From NCBI GenBank assembly GCA_964188305.1, contig OZ076888.1: DNA of 64,000 bases; one strand, written 5' to 3'. The position numbers and the translations under genes were made by a program. Positions 47,721 through 60,518 of this stretch are shown piece after piece. The stretch comes from Podarcis bocagei (taxonomy: Eukaryota). The notes beneath the pieces are model-generated. The model was not told the DNA's origin. It saw only the letters and a program-made list of their open reading frames with translations, and made no database searches. The stretch's first letter is position 1. Every line of letters starts with the position of its first letter.

Positions 47721-50571
47721 TCCTATTTATATACCTTACTATATCATGTATGGCAGATATTTAGACTGCAACTCCATACCCACTTACCTGGGAGTTTGCC
47801 CCAATGAACTCTATGGAACTTAGTTCTGAGTAGACATGCGCAAGATTGTACTATGAAGATACTGGTTGATTTGCAGAATGTTGTTTTGGGGATTTCTATG
47901 AAACTTCACACAACCCAGGTCAGAGATACACCAAAACAACGCTAGCATTAACTTCTAGTACATCTTCAACCTCCTTCACAAATTATATGCATAAAGAGGG
48001 TACCCATCTTCGAGGTGGTAGTGGAACTCCACCATTGGCCTGCCTCCTGCTGGCCATGCATTGAGTTTGAACATCTGAGCAGAGGAAACCTGTGTACTAA
48101 AAATCTGCATGCATAGGTATCACCATAGCTCAGATGTCCACTCAATGCATGGATGTTAGGGAGCAGGGAAGATACCCTATATTAATATGTAAACAGTTTA
48201 CAAGCATAATCTGTGAAGAGGGCTTTCTTGAGGATATCCTCAGCAGGATGGCATCTAGCAAGAGAACATTATGGCCCAATTCAGGCATATTAAGGCTTAT
48301 GCCAAGCTATGCATGCCTTTTGATTGTATGCTCCATCCTTGCCCTCTCTCTTCCATCCTCCCTTCTCAGCACATTGCAATTCAACATGTCTTGGATTAAT
48401 TAACCATAGTTTAATTAACCATAGTGTATACATAGATGGCTCTTCTGAAATAATTACATTCCATTGTGAGCCAGGAAATTATTGTTACTAGGATCCAAAC
48501 GTCACTATTCAAAGTTGGTCTATGATCTTAGCCAGGTAACCATAGTTTTCTCAATTTAGATGCAGTGGGAAACTATGGTTCATTAACCCAGCAAGTGCTG
48601 AATTATGATGTATTATGAAGGAAGGCAGGAAGGAAGGGGTGGTGCAAAGACTGAGCATTTGGGCACAAGACTTCTGCACATCTTGACTTAAGAAGCAAGG
48701 GCATGCATCCAAAACTGGATGCTGTTTGGATTTACAAAGAGCTACAAGAAAGAAAGAAAAACCTCAAAATAGGATGATACCATTTTCTGGTGTCCTATCA
48801 ATCCCACCTACCTAACTTTAGCCTGAGGCTTTACTGGGCTTTGTTTCACATAGGAAGAGTGAGTTTCCAGTTAGTATATGCATGTTGCCTGGCCCTTCAT
48901 ATGCACATCCAGCAATGGCATTACCCATGACACAAAGAACATACACTGCACCAGACTTAGAGGACGATAAGGCTGCAGCTCTGTCCTTGTGGGAAGAACT
49001 GTCAGAACCATCTTCAAGAACCAACCAAAGAACACAGCCTTGCCACCTTCCTCTGATTTAGAAGAGGAATCTACCATAGTACCTTTACTTCCCATGCTGC
49101 AGTCCTGCAATAGCAAAAGACTGTAAAACAAGGATAGCAGGTCTTACTGCATTACACCCCTGCCGATATTCTTCACTGTGCTTTGCTGAATCCTGGCAAG
49201 ACTTACATGTGAGTAAATGTTATATTTTCTTATGCTTACTACACATTCTGTTGCCTGATTATTTTTGTAGGAGGGAAAAGAGGGTGAACCCAGACTGCTG
49301 GGGCATCCTGGGTAAGAATATTTAAGACTAAGCAGCCTAGTTTCAAGTTTCCATTTTGCTCTGCAAAGGGATGGTAATATTTTAACAAAGAAAGGCTAAA
49401 ACTCCAAACCTCACTCAAGTGAGACTGGGGAGATAATCCTCTCCTACTTAATCAAAATCCATCCAATAAATTGTAGCCCAACAATATCTAGAGGGCCAGA
49501 GGTTCCTTACTACTACTGCACTAGTGTAGGGCACATGATTTGCTTGGGTCAATCTGGGGATCATTTCTTGGCATCACCAATGAAAGGACATCAGGATCGA
49601 GCTATAAGTTGCATGTGACATTTTCTTGATATTTGTTTTTAATGAAAAACAGCCTTCAGAGGCTGAAAATTTGATCTGAGAAGCAGCAGGGGAGAAGCAG
49701 CCCTTTCGTTTAGGGCTTTAGCTGATCAGAATTGTCCTCTCTGACCTGCTTTTTCCCATGAGGCACTTCTTAGCTGGAAAATGATCAGCAGGAAAGGCTT
49801 GGTTTTTCCTTAAAATCCCACCACTCTCAATAGCATCCTCCCAAAACTGCTTTAAAAAAAGAAGCAGCTTTGGGAGAAAGTTACCTACATCTTAGTGGTC
49901 ATGTCTAGTTTGACCCACAGATAGCTCTCTGCCTGAGACTACTGACAGCCAGCTTCTTAGATTCTCACAAATTACTGCTCTGTGATAAATTTCTGTTAGC
50001 TAATGATTCCTATAAAACAGAGCCATCCTTCATTTTAGCATTTTGCTCAATACAAATAAATGCATCTAATTTCTTTTACCATATCTTTTTCCCAGGGTAA
50101 CCAGTTGTTGATTGGATATTGTTGTAGCTCAGCATACACATTTGTTACAGAAACAGACCATTAATTAGGGAATGTATCATTTGAACTGGGCCATCATCCT
50201 TCTACCTGGATTTGTGCACAAATACACCATTAAGAATGGCGAGAACCCGCCTACGCAAGGTGGAAAAAACACGTCCCCAGCACGATTTCTAATCAGATAG
50301 TAATGATACATTTTATCATGTTAATGATTTACCTTCTATTCTTGGGTCTTTTCTTCTCATTGACTGCTCTGTTAAAGGGGGAAGGGGAGTGTTTGAATAA
50401 GAAATCTTGGTGGTATACGTAAATGGACTTTGTATTCACCTGGGTCTTGGTAGTTATTATGCTACATTATGAAAACCATATAGGTTTGTATTTTGTTTCA
50501 ATTCACTATGGAAATAGAATTCACTATGGAAATAGAAGCCAACAACCAACTTCCCAACAAGCCAATTCACT

Positions 50572-51661
50572 ATGGAAATAGAAGCCAACAACCAACTTCC
50601 CTTCCTTGACGTCCTAATCTACAAAAAACCTGATGGCTCCCTAGGACACACTATCTACCGGAAAAAAAACACACACCAACCGCTACTTACATGCACAATC
50701 ACACCACCACCCTGCACAAATAAACTCCGTAGCCAAGACTCTCATCTCCAGAACCAAACGCCTGGCTGACAAAGACCACTTGACAACTGAGTTACAGAAT
50801 CTCTCAAATGTGTTAATCGCCAACGGATACCAGCAAAACAGGGTTACGAAGCTAATCCAAAAAGAAACACCCCCCAAAAACCAAGACACAGAAGAAAACA
50901 ATGGCATGGCCCTCCTTCCTTATATCAAGGGCACTACAGATAAAATTAGCAAAATCCTCCATAAACACAATATCAAAACAGCCTTTTGCACCAACCAAAA
51001 AATAGCCAATATCCTCAGAAACCCAAAAGATAAAATCCAGTTAGAAAACCAAGGGGTCTATGAAATACCCTGCAAAGTCTGCCCAGCCACGTACATTGGA
51101 CAAACAAACAGACGAATAAATGCACGTATCGCAGAACACAAGAATGCCGTCCAAAAAGAAGAAAAAACTTCCTCTCTTTACCAACACATGAAAGAAACAG
51201 GACACGAAATTAATTTTGCAGATTCCAAATTGCTCTTTAACATGGAACATCACCACAAGAGAATAATCATGGAAGCCATCGAGATAGAGAAACACCCTCA
51301 CAACATGAACAAGCGTGACGACACGTCCCGCCTGCCAGACATCTGGAAATTAGCCCTCCCCACAAAAACCGACACCAGAACCAGAGGCACACAGAACGCC
51401 ATCTCCAATCAACCACACCAGACCCAAACCCAGACCCTCTCCACAGATAAATTACAGACACCATCCAGTAGCCAAACCATAGTGGCACCTCCGGATGCTG
51501 CACCCCCCTGCAATCCCTACACAGATCTGGCTGGCACAGGGCACAAAACCACAGCTCGCCCCTATACACGAAGCCAAGCCAGAGCACAACTAAGTGCAGT
51601 ACAACCATCTTCTCAGAAAAACTCTTCACAAGGTCAAGAGGTCAAGACACGAAAGCTTTAG
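50572..51661 (+). pseudogene. Penelope-like RT thumb plus GIY-YIG endonuclease, frameshifted fragment
   Basis: ORFs 50572-50769 and 50780-51661 join if one extra A in the A-run near 50662-50669 is removed. N-terminal RT core is missing. Confidence 0.88.
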
Positions 51662-51890
51662 CAACTAATCCACACCTAATGACCCTCCTAAGTGGTACTC
51701 AGAATATCACTCAAGTAATCACTCAAGATATCCCTCAAGTAATTAATGAACAAAAGAAGAAAAGGCACATTAACCTAGGAACTTCCTATCTGCCCAGAAC
51801 GTTGGAGGCTATACACCACACCCCCTCAACAGTATTTATAGGAACTCAAACACTGAGATCCTGCTCTGTTCTAGTAACTAGAAGCCGAAA

Positions 51891-51940
51891 GCACCAGCCT
51901 GAAGATGACGAGTGAGACCTCGTCGAAACGTCGCCTAGAC
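51891..51940 (+). ncRNA. Minimal hammerhead-ribozyme-like motif of the Penelope element
   Basis: CTGAAGA (51899-51905), stem II GACGAG/CTCGTC (51907-51912 / 51919-51924), GAAAC (51925-51929), GTC (51930-51932). Stem I looks weak. Confidence 0.7.
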
Positions 51941-51987
51941 ACCCCAACTCTTACACGGGAAGACACCCGAAGACACCAAAACCTACC

Positions 51988-51990
<3 letters not shown>

Positions 51991-52038
<48 letters not shown>
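51991..52038. repeat. (AT)n microsatellite
   Basis: Direct read. Confidence 0.95.
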
Positions 52039-52040
<2 letters not shown>

Positions 52041-54335
52041 CACCTTTCTGGGGTTGAACATGTGTCTGTTGCTCCTCTACAACAGGCCAGCATAGGCCAT
52101 GTATGCTTTCTAGCTTACAGCGAAATAACACAAGCACCATGTTGGATGTCTATGTTGTCTTTGCCACCACTGTGGACCAGCTCTAACTCACTCAGCCAAG
52201 CTATGTGGCCTTGCCCTGGCCATTTCCCATTCCTTTAGTGCCACTGGAGATGTGACAGGCTGTCTTTGTTGGACTCTTCACAGGCTGGGCTCATGTCATT
52301 CCATCATATTATTGATGGAGAACCTCAATATGATGGATTTTCCTATCAGATTTTGATGCATCAGGTTATCTGTGCTGGTTGCCTGAGGCATTTCTGACCA
52401 GATCCTTGGACTTGCTGGTGCAGACTGTAAAGTATAATGAGAACTGGAGAAAGTTCACCATTGAGACTGTACTTGTACATAGTGACTCTGAGAACCTGGC
52501 TCAACAGGGAACATCTGAGATTTCATGCTTGGGTAAATGAATTCAAGCTAGGTTTACTACACTGCCTCAGAAAGCACCTCAGATAATACTAACCGTGTCC
52601 AAACAAATCCTGAGCATCCACAATTACTGTTTTGCTTTCATTCATTTGCAAACAAAATCTCCATGCTCCTGTTTTTCGCTGGCCAGTGTGGGCCATATAA
52701 TCCACAGATGCCAGAAGTGTATGTAGTCCATTCATTTCATTGGCTCCCATCGCCCTACATGTGCCAACTGAGGCTAGCAATCCGTGTTTCTGATGGGATT
52801 TCGTCCACAAAGGCTTATGACATGATAAATCTGCCAGTCTTTTGAGGCGTCACACAAATCTATTTCTTGTGTTAAGAGCATTCAGGCAGTTTAAAGCTGA
52901 ATTGCAGCATCAGACACTTCCAATGTGTTTTGGAGTTTCAAACAAGAACATTTGATTCAGGGTCAAATCGTTCCAGATTAGTTATACAATTATAATGGGT
53001 TTCCCCTGCTTCTCTTTATGAATCATTTATATACTCATTTATCTACACAATTTCTCTCAATGGTTTCTGACATACCAGTGGATGCAGGCTTTCCACAAAC
53101 TAGTTCCTTGATTATGTTGTTAGCTCTTCCTTATTAGATGCTGTATGACTGTGCCCCTTATGTTCTTATATTGCTGCTTATGACTGACTCCTTACGACTA
53201 ATTAGAAACAGTTATACAAATACGTATAACTGAATGGTACATAACTGTCATGTACCAACATAGCCAGCCATGGCAACATTTTATGGAGCAAATCTATCCT
53301 GGAATGGAGTGTGACCATTCTGATCCCATAGTTCAGTTCATTATCCTGTAAACTAGTGAAAGTTTTTGTGGTACTTCCAGAGCAGGAGCAGCAACAGTCC
53401 TTCTGCTCAATCTAATCATCCCATTTGCCCATGATTTCTTCTTGTGAATATTTTACAGTGCAGTTCTATACAGTAAGGCTGCATTATTAGCTACATTTAT
53501 AGCACAATCCCATGAATGTCTACTCAGAAGTAAAGCACATACTCCCACCTAAGTGAGTATAGGATTGCAGGTTTGTTTCTGGAAACATAGAATATATATT
53601 AAGATGCAAATAAGCAAGTCTGTCATGATTACATAGGGGTGAAAAGGAAATGCTTAAGCGTGACTCACTAATGCAAAAAGAATGGCTTTGTTTTCCATCT
53701 TTAATGTCAGCAGATATATGAGTGAAGTGGAAGGCATATGGCCAACAGCACATTCTACTGCATATTTGAAGTTTAGACAAGCTTTAATAATCTGCCTCTT
53801 TCTGGAATTGTGTTCCTTGAATATAGAAGCAAAAAAAAAACAAATTTCAAAAGGGTTTGGGAACATTCTCCCCAGTTAGGCAAATGTGATGTTCCATCTG
53901 GCTGCATATATGTTTATATATTTTAACCTGAGATTTTAATGCTGGTTTAAGTAAACCAGTTTGCTTGGCAATAGAGCAACAACAACAAGCAACTTATTTG
54001 ACCAAGCTATTGAGCTCCACACATGTTTTTTTTCCATTGTCAAATGACTATCTGTATGTCAGATTTCCCCTCCATACCAGATAAAACAAGCTTATCCCTG
54101 TGAAAACCCAATTAACTTATATGGTGTCCTGGCACATTGTGTCGTTCATAGTGGATGGACTTTCAAAAGAATCCTAATTCGTAGGATGCAACTCTACATG
54201 TACATGCTTGGGAGTTAGTTCCATTGAACTCAAAAGAACTTAATTCTGAATAGACATTGATAAGATTGCATTGTTAAGTTATGCAATCCTATGCCCACTT
54301 GCCTGCGATTAAGCTCAGTAGGACTGACTTCTTGG

Positions 54336-54749
54336 TAGGGATGGGGGGGATTCAATTTGGTTTGCATTTAAGGTTGAACGTATGTACTTCATTTACACTT
54401 TCTGAAATGACATGAGAATTGAAACAATCATCTTGCCAAAGTCACACTTCTCTGAATTTTGCAATGCAGTTCTCCGGATATGAAATGGGTACAAAAATGC
54501 ATTCCTTGGAGCAAACTGCATACAAATGCATACAATAGACATACAAAAATGCATTATTTTGGGGGAATTGCTATGCAAAAGTTTATTAGGCAAAATGCAT
54601 ACAAATATAATAGAAGAAATTTACACTAAAATGCAGGATTTTCATGAGGCCTTTAGGGAAAAAAAGCAAACTGATATGGTAATGTGGCAGACTGAACTTA
54701 TAAAAATCAGAAACAGAGAAACCAAACTTGACAGATTTGCCCATCCCTC
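54336..54749 (+). mobile_element. Old hAT-Ac-like non-autonomous element
   Basis: Ends TAGGGATGGG / CCCATCCCTC. Imperfect TSD CTTCTTGG / CTTCTGAG. Inserted in a small palindromic GCAATCCTAT-type MITE. Confidence 0.65.
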
Positions 54750-54863
54750 CTTCTGAGTAAGCATGTATGGAACTGCACTATTAAGGGGCTTACCCAGAAA
54801 CTAGCCTCTTACTTGTAATCTTGCAAAAGACTGAATATTTCACCTGAAATATGCTTTTGTATC

Positions 54864-55089
54864 CAGTGGTACCTCAGGTTACATACGCTTCAGGTTACAG
54901 ACTCCGCTAACCCAGAAATAGTACCTCAGGTTAAGACCTTTGCTTCAGGATGAGAACAGAAATCGTGCTCTGGCGGCGCAGCGGCAGCAGGAGGCCCCAT
55001 TAGCTAATGTGGTGCTTCAGGTTAAGAACAGTTTCAGGTTAAGAACGGACCTCCGGAACGAATTAAGTACTTAACCCGAGGTACCACTG
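54864..55089 (+). mobile_element. Tigger/pogo-like MITE
   Basis: TIRs CAGTGGTACCTCAGGTTA / TAACCCGAGGTACCACTG. Confidence 0.93.
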
Positions 55090-55642
55090 TACTTGCATGC
55101 AATGGAGAGCTGTGCATAATAATAATTTCTACAAAGTGATGCCAGTAATTGTCACTTTGCTAACTTGTGCCTTTCTCAACAGCAAGGTAATCCTGTTCTG
55201 GCCTGTGCTTGAAGCAGAAGCAGGTGCTGTCCCTCAGGCTTTTGATCTGTTTGTAAGTCATTGCTGCAGATGTGTGCCTCCCCCAGCCGCCCAAACCTGG
55301 CACACACAACCCACCAGTTCTCTCATGAGGCGTGGGTAAACAGAACTCATAAAAGGCTAACAAATCCCTTCTTCTCCTAGACTGACTTATATGTGTGTTT
55401 CAATCTTTAAACAAAATGAGAAAGTTTAATGAAACAGTCCCCTTTTCAGACCTTCGCAAGAAGAGCCTCCAGACAAAATTAGATTGAAGTACATAAATTC
55501 TTAATTTGCTGTAGATAATGTCTACCAGATGATAGGATTGGGAGCATGAGTGGAAAACAGATTTGGAACAAATGTCATTCAGCACTTTTCATGCAGAGAA
55601 TAATTAATGACTTGACCTCAGGCAAGATTGTCAAATCAGGGC

Positions 55643-55645
<3 letters not shown>

Positions 55646-55710
<65 letters not shown>
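55646..55710. repeat. (AG)n microsatellite
   Basis: Direct read. Confidence 0.95.
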
Positions 55711-55713
<3 letters not shown>

Positions 55714-56062
55714 ACTGAGGTCATTCAAAAGACAATCCAAAAGATGGCATCCTTCAGGAACCTGACTCATTTGCAGAAAGAAGCCTAATGTATTCTTCCA
55801 GCAAGAAATGTACAATGCAGTCTAATTAAAAACCCTGCCATGAGGAATATCTATAGTTTTGCTGGCTGCAGCACCTAGCTGTATAGTGTTGGGCTGCAGA
55901 GCTTGCATTGCCCAATGGATCAAATAAATATTTTTAAAGAGTTATTGCCCTTTGTGGACTGGGCACAAATGCTAGCAATGTAGGGCTCAGAGGAAATTGA
56001 ATCCCACCCTGGAATCTACAATACAACTGAGTTAAAGACATTGATTTTTCCCTGCTTTCTAG

Positions 56063-56185
56063 CAGGGATGAGGAACCCGTGGCCCTGAAGAGGGCTGTTG
56101 GATTACAAGACCCATCAGTCCCAGCCAGCCTCACACCAATGGTCAAGGGTGATGAGTTGCATTCCAACAACCTCTGCAGGGTCAC
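56063..56185. mobile_element. Degenerate palindromic hAT MITE
   Basis: CAGGGATGAGGAACC start and GTTGGA.TACAA..CCCATCA / TGATG.G.TTGCATTCCAAC arms, like 9508-9643. Confidence 0.55.
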
Positions 56186-56598
56186 TGGATAGACAAACCT
56201 TATTTAAAGTTCCTAAAATTGAGAAATCTTCAAACCACCACTAATTAAATCATTCTCCCCTTGGTATTTTAAAACAGATTCCCTGGAGAAATAAAATATA
56301 AGATGCCATGGGGCTCAAAACTGGGCATGGCTACCTGCTCCCTTTGTTATCAGAGTTGAGGACTGAAAGAGGGAACTGCGGGCTGTGACACTAGGATCAT
56401 CCTAGCCAAGAGAATCGAGTGATTAGAGAACCACACTTCCGTCACTGCCTAGAAAGTTCTCAATCCTTTCCTATTGTGCAGATAAGAGGCTCTCTTTTTG
56501 CCAATTGCCTGTCTGCTCCAGATACTTCCCATTCCTCAGGATCAAACTACATCTGCTAATTGCATTTGTGCAACTGAGGTGATACAATTTTTGCAGTA

Positions 56599-56840
56599 CA
56601 GTGGTACCTCGGGTTACAGACGCTTCAGGTTACAGACACTTCAGGTTACAAACTCCGCTAACCCAGAAATAGTACCTCAGGTTAAGAACTTTGCTTCAGG
56701 ATGAGAAGACAAATCACGTGGCGGTGGTGCGGTGGCAGCGGGAGGCCCCACTAGCTAAAGTGGTACCTCAGGTTAAGAACAGTTTCAGGTTAAGAACGGA
56801 CCTCTGGAACGAATTAAGTTCTTAACCCGAGGTACCACTG
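56599..56840 (+). mobile_element. Tigger/pogo-like MITE
   Basis: Perfect TIRs CAGTGGTACCTCGGGTTA / TAACCCGAGGTACCACTG. TA TSD. Confidence 0.93.
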
Positions 56841-57883
56841 TATAAACAGCAGCCATGGGAGGGAGCAATCAGAATTGAGTCCATGGTGCACACTGAGATA
56901 GTTTAGTTCTTTCCCCCTTGCCATGGTCCCCATGGAAATCCCTGCCCAGAAGTTGTGTTTAGCCCCCAAGAGGGCTGCTTGCATTGATGCTAATGGACAC
57001 CTGCCTGCTTATAACAGCTTGAGGGGCAGGGCATGATTTTCAACAGGACCACAGTGTGTAGGGTGGGAGAGAGTTCATCTCCCCTCCCCCAGGCATGGCC
57101 CCGGATCCTGGTTGTCATCACCACCACCCCATGGTTGATATTAAGTTAAAAATGTTCATTGCTTTCAAACAATTCATGTAACTTGTGGTTTGATCATCTT
57201 ATCTGAGCACCTGACAGAATGATTGAGAAGAAGTTCAGATTCCAAAAGGCTTTTCCAGCATGTGGGTGATTATGAGCATTCAGCTTGCAGAAGGGAAGAT
57301 AAATGGTTCTGTGTATTCCTTTTAATGATTTCTAAAAACTCTGCCTCTCGGAAGGGGCAAGACCTACTCTTTTGCACACTATGCTACAACGACAGGCTCC
57401 AAGAAACACTATTAAACCAAAAGCAGGCAGCTTCATCAAAATGAGCCTTGACTTGGAAGAAATTTCATGTGCAGTCAAAGCTTTGCTCCCTCTTGTCACT
57501 GCAGCAGTTCCCCCCTGCTGTCAAGCATACACATTACATTTTAAGCTAAATATCAGTTTTGGCAGCAGAGACTGCAGCAGCAAACTCAGCAAGTGAAGCT
57601 GCAGCTATGCAGGTGGTTCTCTTCCAGCTACATACGTCTTTTCTTTGGATCCTGGCCTCTAAATTAGTTGCAGTGAGAACTTACCATAATGACAAGGAAC
57701 ATGGTAGATAAAAGGCTATGGCCTTTTAAATGTGCTTGTGGGACGGGGGTAATTGGTTTTTGTTTTGTTATGTATTTTGTGTTCTCATTTTGTATTTTTA
57801 TATTGTGAACCACCCTGTGAACTTCAGATGAAGGGCAGTATATAAATTTTAATAATGACGATGATGATGATAATGATGATAGT

Positions 57884-58036
57884 AACTGCTTTATTCTATG
57901 TCAGACACTTGGTCCCTCTAGCTCAGTATTATCAGCTCTGAACTGGCAGTGGCTCTATGGGGGTTCAGACAGGAGATCCCAGGAACTGAAGCTGGGACTT
58001 CACTGCATGAAAAGCTTGTGCTCTAACCACTGAGCC
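57884..58036 (-). mobile_element. Old tRNA-Ala-headed SINE
   Basis: Reverse complement GCTCAGTGGTTAGAGCAC...TACTGAGCTAGA.GGACCAA. Confidence 0.55.
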
Positions 58037-58338
58037 TCAGTGTCACCCCTGAATGCTGTGCACTTGCAGAAGCTGCAGCACCAACCAATACTGACCCCTT
58101 GTGTTTTTCCCCTTCTTTCAAAAAATGATTCCACTTAATATATCCCTATAGAGTTCGCCAGTTTATTTCTGTAGGACCAAAATTTCTACTGCATCTTGAT
58201 GGATGGTAAAATGTAGGAAGCGTATGCATTTATAAAGAACCAGATGGTGTAATGGAAACTGAATTCAGAAAGAGAACATGTCCCCCAGTATCATGTATCA
58301 TGTTGATTATCTGCCAATAATCTCCATGGCAAACCATA

Positions 58339-58553
58339 CAGTGGTACTTCGGGTTACATACGCTTCAGGTTACAGACTCTGCTAACCCAGAAATAGTACC
58401 TCAGGTTAAGACCTTTGCTTCAGGATGAGAACAGAAATCATGTGGCGGCAACGGGAGGCCATATTAGCTAAAGTGGTACCTCAGGTTAAGAACAGTTTCA
58501 GGTTAAGAATGGACATCCAGAATGAATTAAGTTCTTAACCCGAGGTACCACTG
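58339..58553 (+). mobile_element. Tigger/pogo-like MITE
   Basis: TIRs CAGTGGTACTTCGGGTTA / TAACCCGAGGTACCACTG. TA TSD. Confidence 0.92.
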
Positions 58554-59543
58554 TATTTGTTAGCTATAGACTATTATCATCCTTATGATTGTCAAGATTT
58601 TAAGAATTTTCTATGAAAGCTGGTCTGATATTTTTTTAAAAAAACAAAAATACATTTTAAAGTAATACACTTGCTTTCTCAGTAAATTCAGAGGTCAGTA
58701 TTCAACTAAGTTATTGAACTAGTGCAAAGATTAGCACTAGCACAATGGGATTTCACCCCAGATTTAGGGGGTACAAAGGAGAGGAAGCGATGGGGAGAAT
58801 GTTCCATTGCACATGGGGAAATTCTTGCAGTGATGGAACATTCACCTTATCACTACATTGAATGCAACCCAGGAATCAGTATTTTTTTAATATGCTCTAC
58901 CTGACTATACGACTGTTTCCCTAAGAATATTTTACAGACACCTGCCATGCTTTGGTTTTAATTTAAGATTGTGTAATTTTTTTCTATTTAAAACTTCATC
59001 CTTGTATCGTGCTTTATTATTTATGACATACAAATGTTTGTCTCTCAAGGTCACATACCTAGAAAGACCAAACACTCTTTTTAAAAGGCATGTTTTATTT
59101 CTGAATTTCAATCAACTGAGGAAAGAATACCAGGAAAACTATAGTGGCAGAAACAAAGACCGTAATAGTTTCTGCAAGTGCATTCAGGCCTGGAAATCTA
59201 CCGAACAGCTCTTTAGTGAGCATTTCATTTTAATGGTACATTTAACTAATATCATATTTCACTGAGGGCTCTCTGAAAGCCCATATGACATGCATATAAA
59301 TATGAGACCAATTCATCTGGACAGGTGTTGCTGAAAAGCATACTAAAAGGTGACAGCAAGCTAGAAGCCTGCAGCCAAAGTTCTAGCTGATAAATACCTA
59401 TGTGCACAACCACCCAGAATCAGCAGATTAGGAGAGATGCCTGTCTTTCTCTCTCATTCTCCTCCACAGTCCTAACCTTGCTCTTTCTTCCTCCCTACTG
59501 CTCGACATTTCACTATCCTCATTTCATGATCCTAACCTCCCAC

Positions 59544-59891
59544 TAGAGATGGAGGCATCGGTCAAATCTAGGCCCATGACAATTTTTCATCCCTAAGTCT
59601 ATACTGTCCCATTTTTTCATTAATCTATATGCATCGCAGAATGACCATTCTTATTTGAATACCTAACTGAATACATATTTTATTACAAAATGTGTACCTA
59701 TTTCTAAACATATTTCATCCTAAAATAGGCCATGTTTATGCATGTTGGTATGCATTTTGTGTAAAGAACTGTATCAGTCAAAGCACCAAATCTGAAGGAT
59801 AATTACGTTCTGATCTGTGTATCAGTCCCAGAGATGTAAATAAGGTCAGTTTGCTTAAAACTATGGATCAAACAAATTATCCTACATTTCT
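59544..59891 (-). mobile_element. Old hAT-Ac-like element, highly diverged
   Basis: TAGAGATGG end and GTCAAATC; weak reverse-complement similarity to 54336-54749. Confidence 0.4.
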
Positions 59892-60518
59892 GCCTCTGAC
59901 ACCACTATACCCCACCATTTATCTTTCACACATCCTTCTATAGATAGATCCTAATCCCCCCTTATTTTCCTCCATTCCTCCTAAGCACCAGCCCTCCAGT
60001 CTCCCATAAACATACGGTACTTTCTTCTGCTCACTTATTTCCTTTCTTACAGGTCTCCATTCATGTCTCTGCCGCTCCCTCATCCTTCTTCCCTGCTGCA
60101 CATTCTGCTGTCATGCACTCTCTCTCTTCCTGCCTCACGCTACATGCTGCTTCACTGCCTATTTTGCAATTAGTCCTTTTCAAATGCAACTAGCAATTCC
60201 AGCAAGAATGATCCCCAGGAAGGTTGTCTTTCCAAAACAATCACACATCTAGATATATATATATTAAAGGGCATTGGGAAGGCAGAATCCAGTAACAGGT
60301 GGTACACATACAGCACTTCTGAAGTTTTGACAGCAGTGAGGAGCAGACTGGATATGGGAACTGGGTCTAGGCATCGCCTCCACAAGTGATCAGCACTGTC
60401 AGAAGTGATTAACACCAATAAGCCATTGAGTGGGGAGGAATGGAATCTTTGTGTACCACAGCTGACAGTCAGGCACTTTGCAAATATATTAAATTAGGCC
60501 CTATACATATAAATAATA

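Larger units (their letters stand above)
50499..51990 (+). mobile_element. Penelope-like retroelement (Penelope/Poseidon-type), 5'-truncated
   Basis: RT C-terminus ([15 protein letters not shown]...IYRK), then GIY-YIG endonuclease GVYEIPCKVCPATYIGQTNR...RIAEH. 3' region with a hammerhead-like core. Abuts (AT)n. Confidence 0.93.

Noticed and set aside
48818-49131. Short minus-strand ORFs as a coding exon
   Set aside because: No recognisable domain and no convincing splice-site pair.
53209-53232. 9-bp stem hairpin CAGTTATAC/GTATAACTG
   Set aside because: Short and AT-rich, with no supporting context; plausible by chance.
55546-55788. ORF with (RE)n repeat
   Set aside because: Translation of an (AG)n microsatellite; the same applies to the poly-Leu, poly-Phe and (YI)n ORFs elsewhere.
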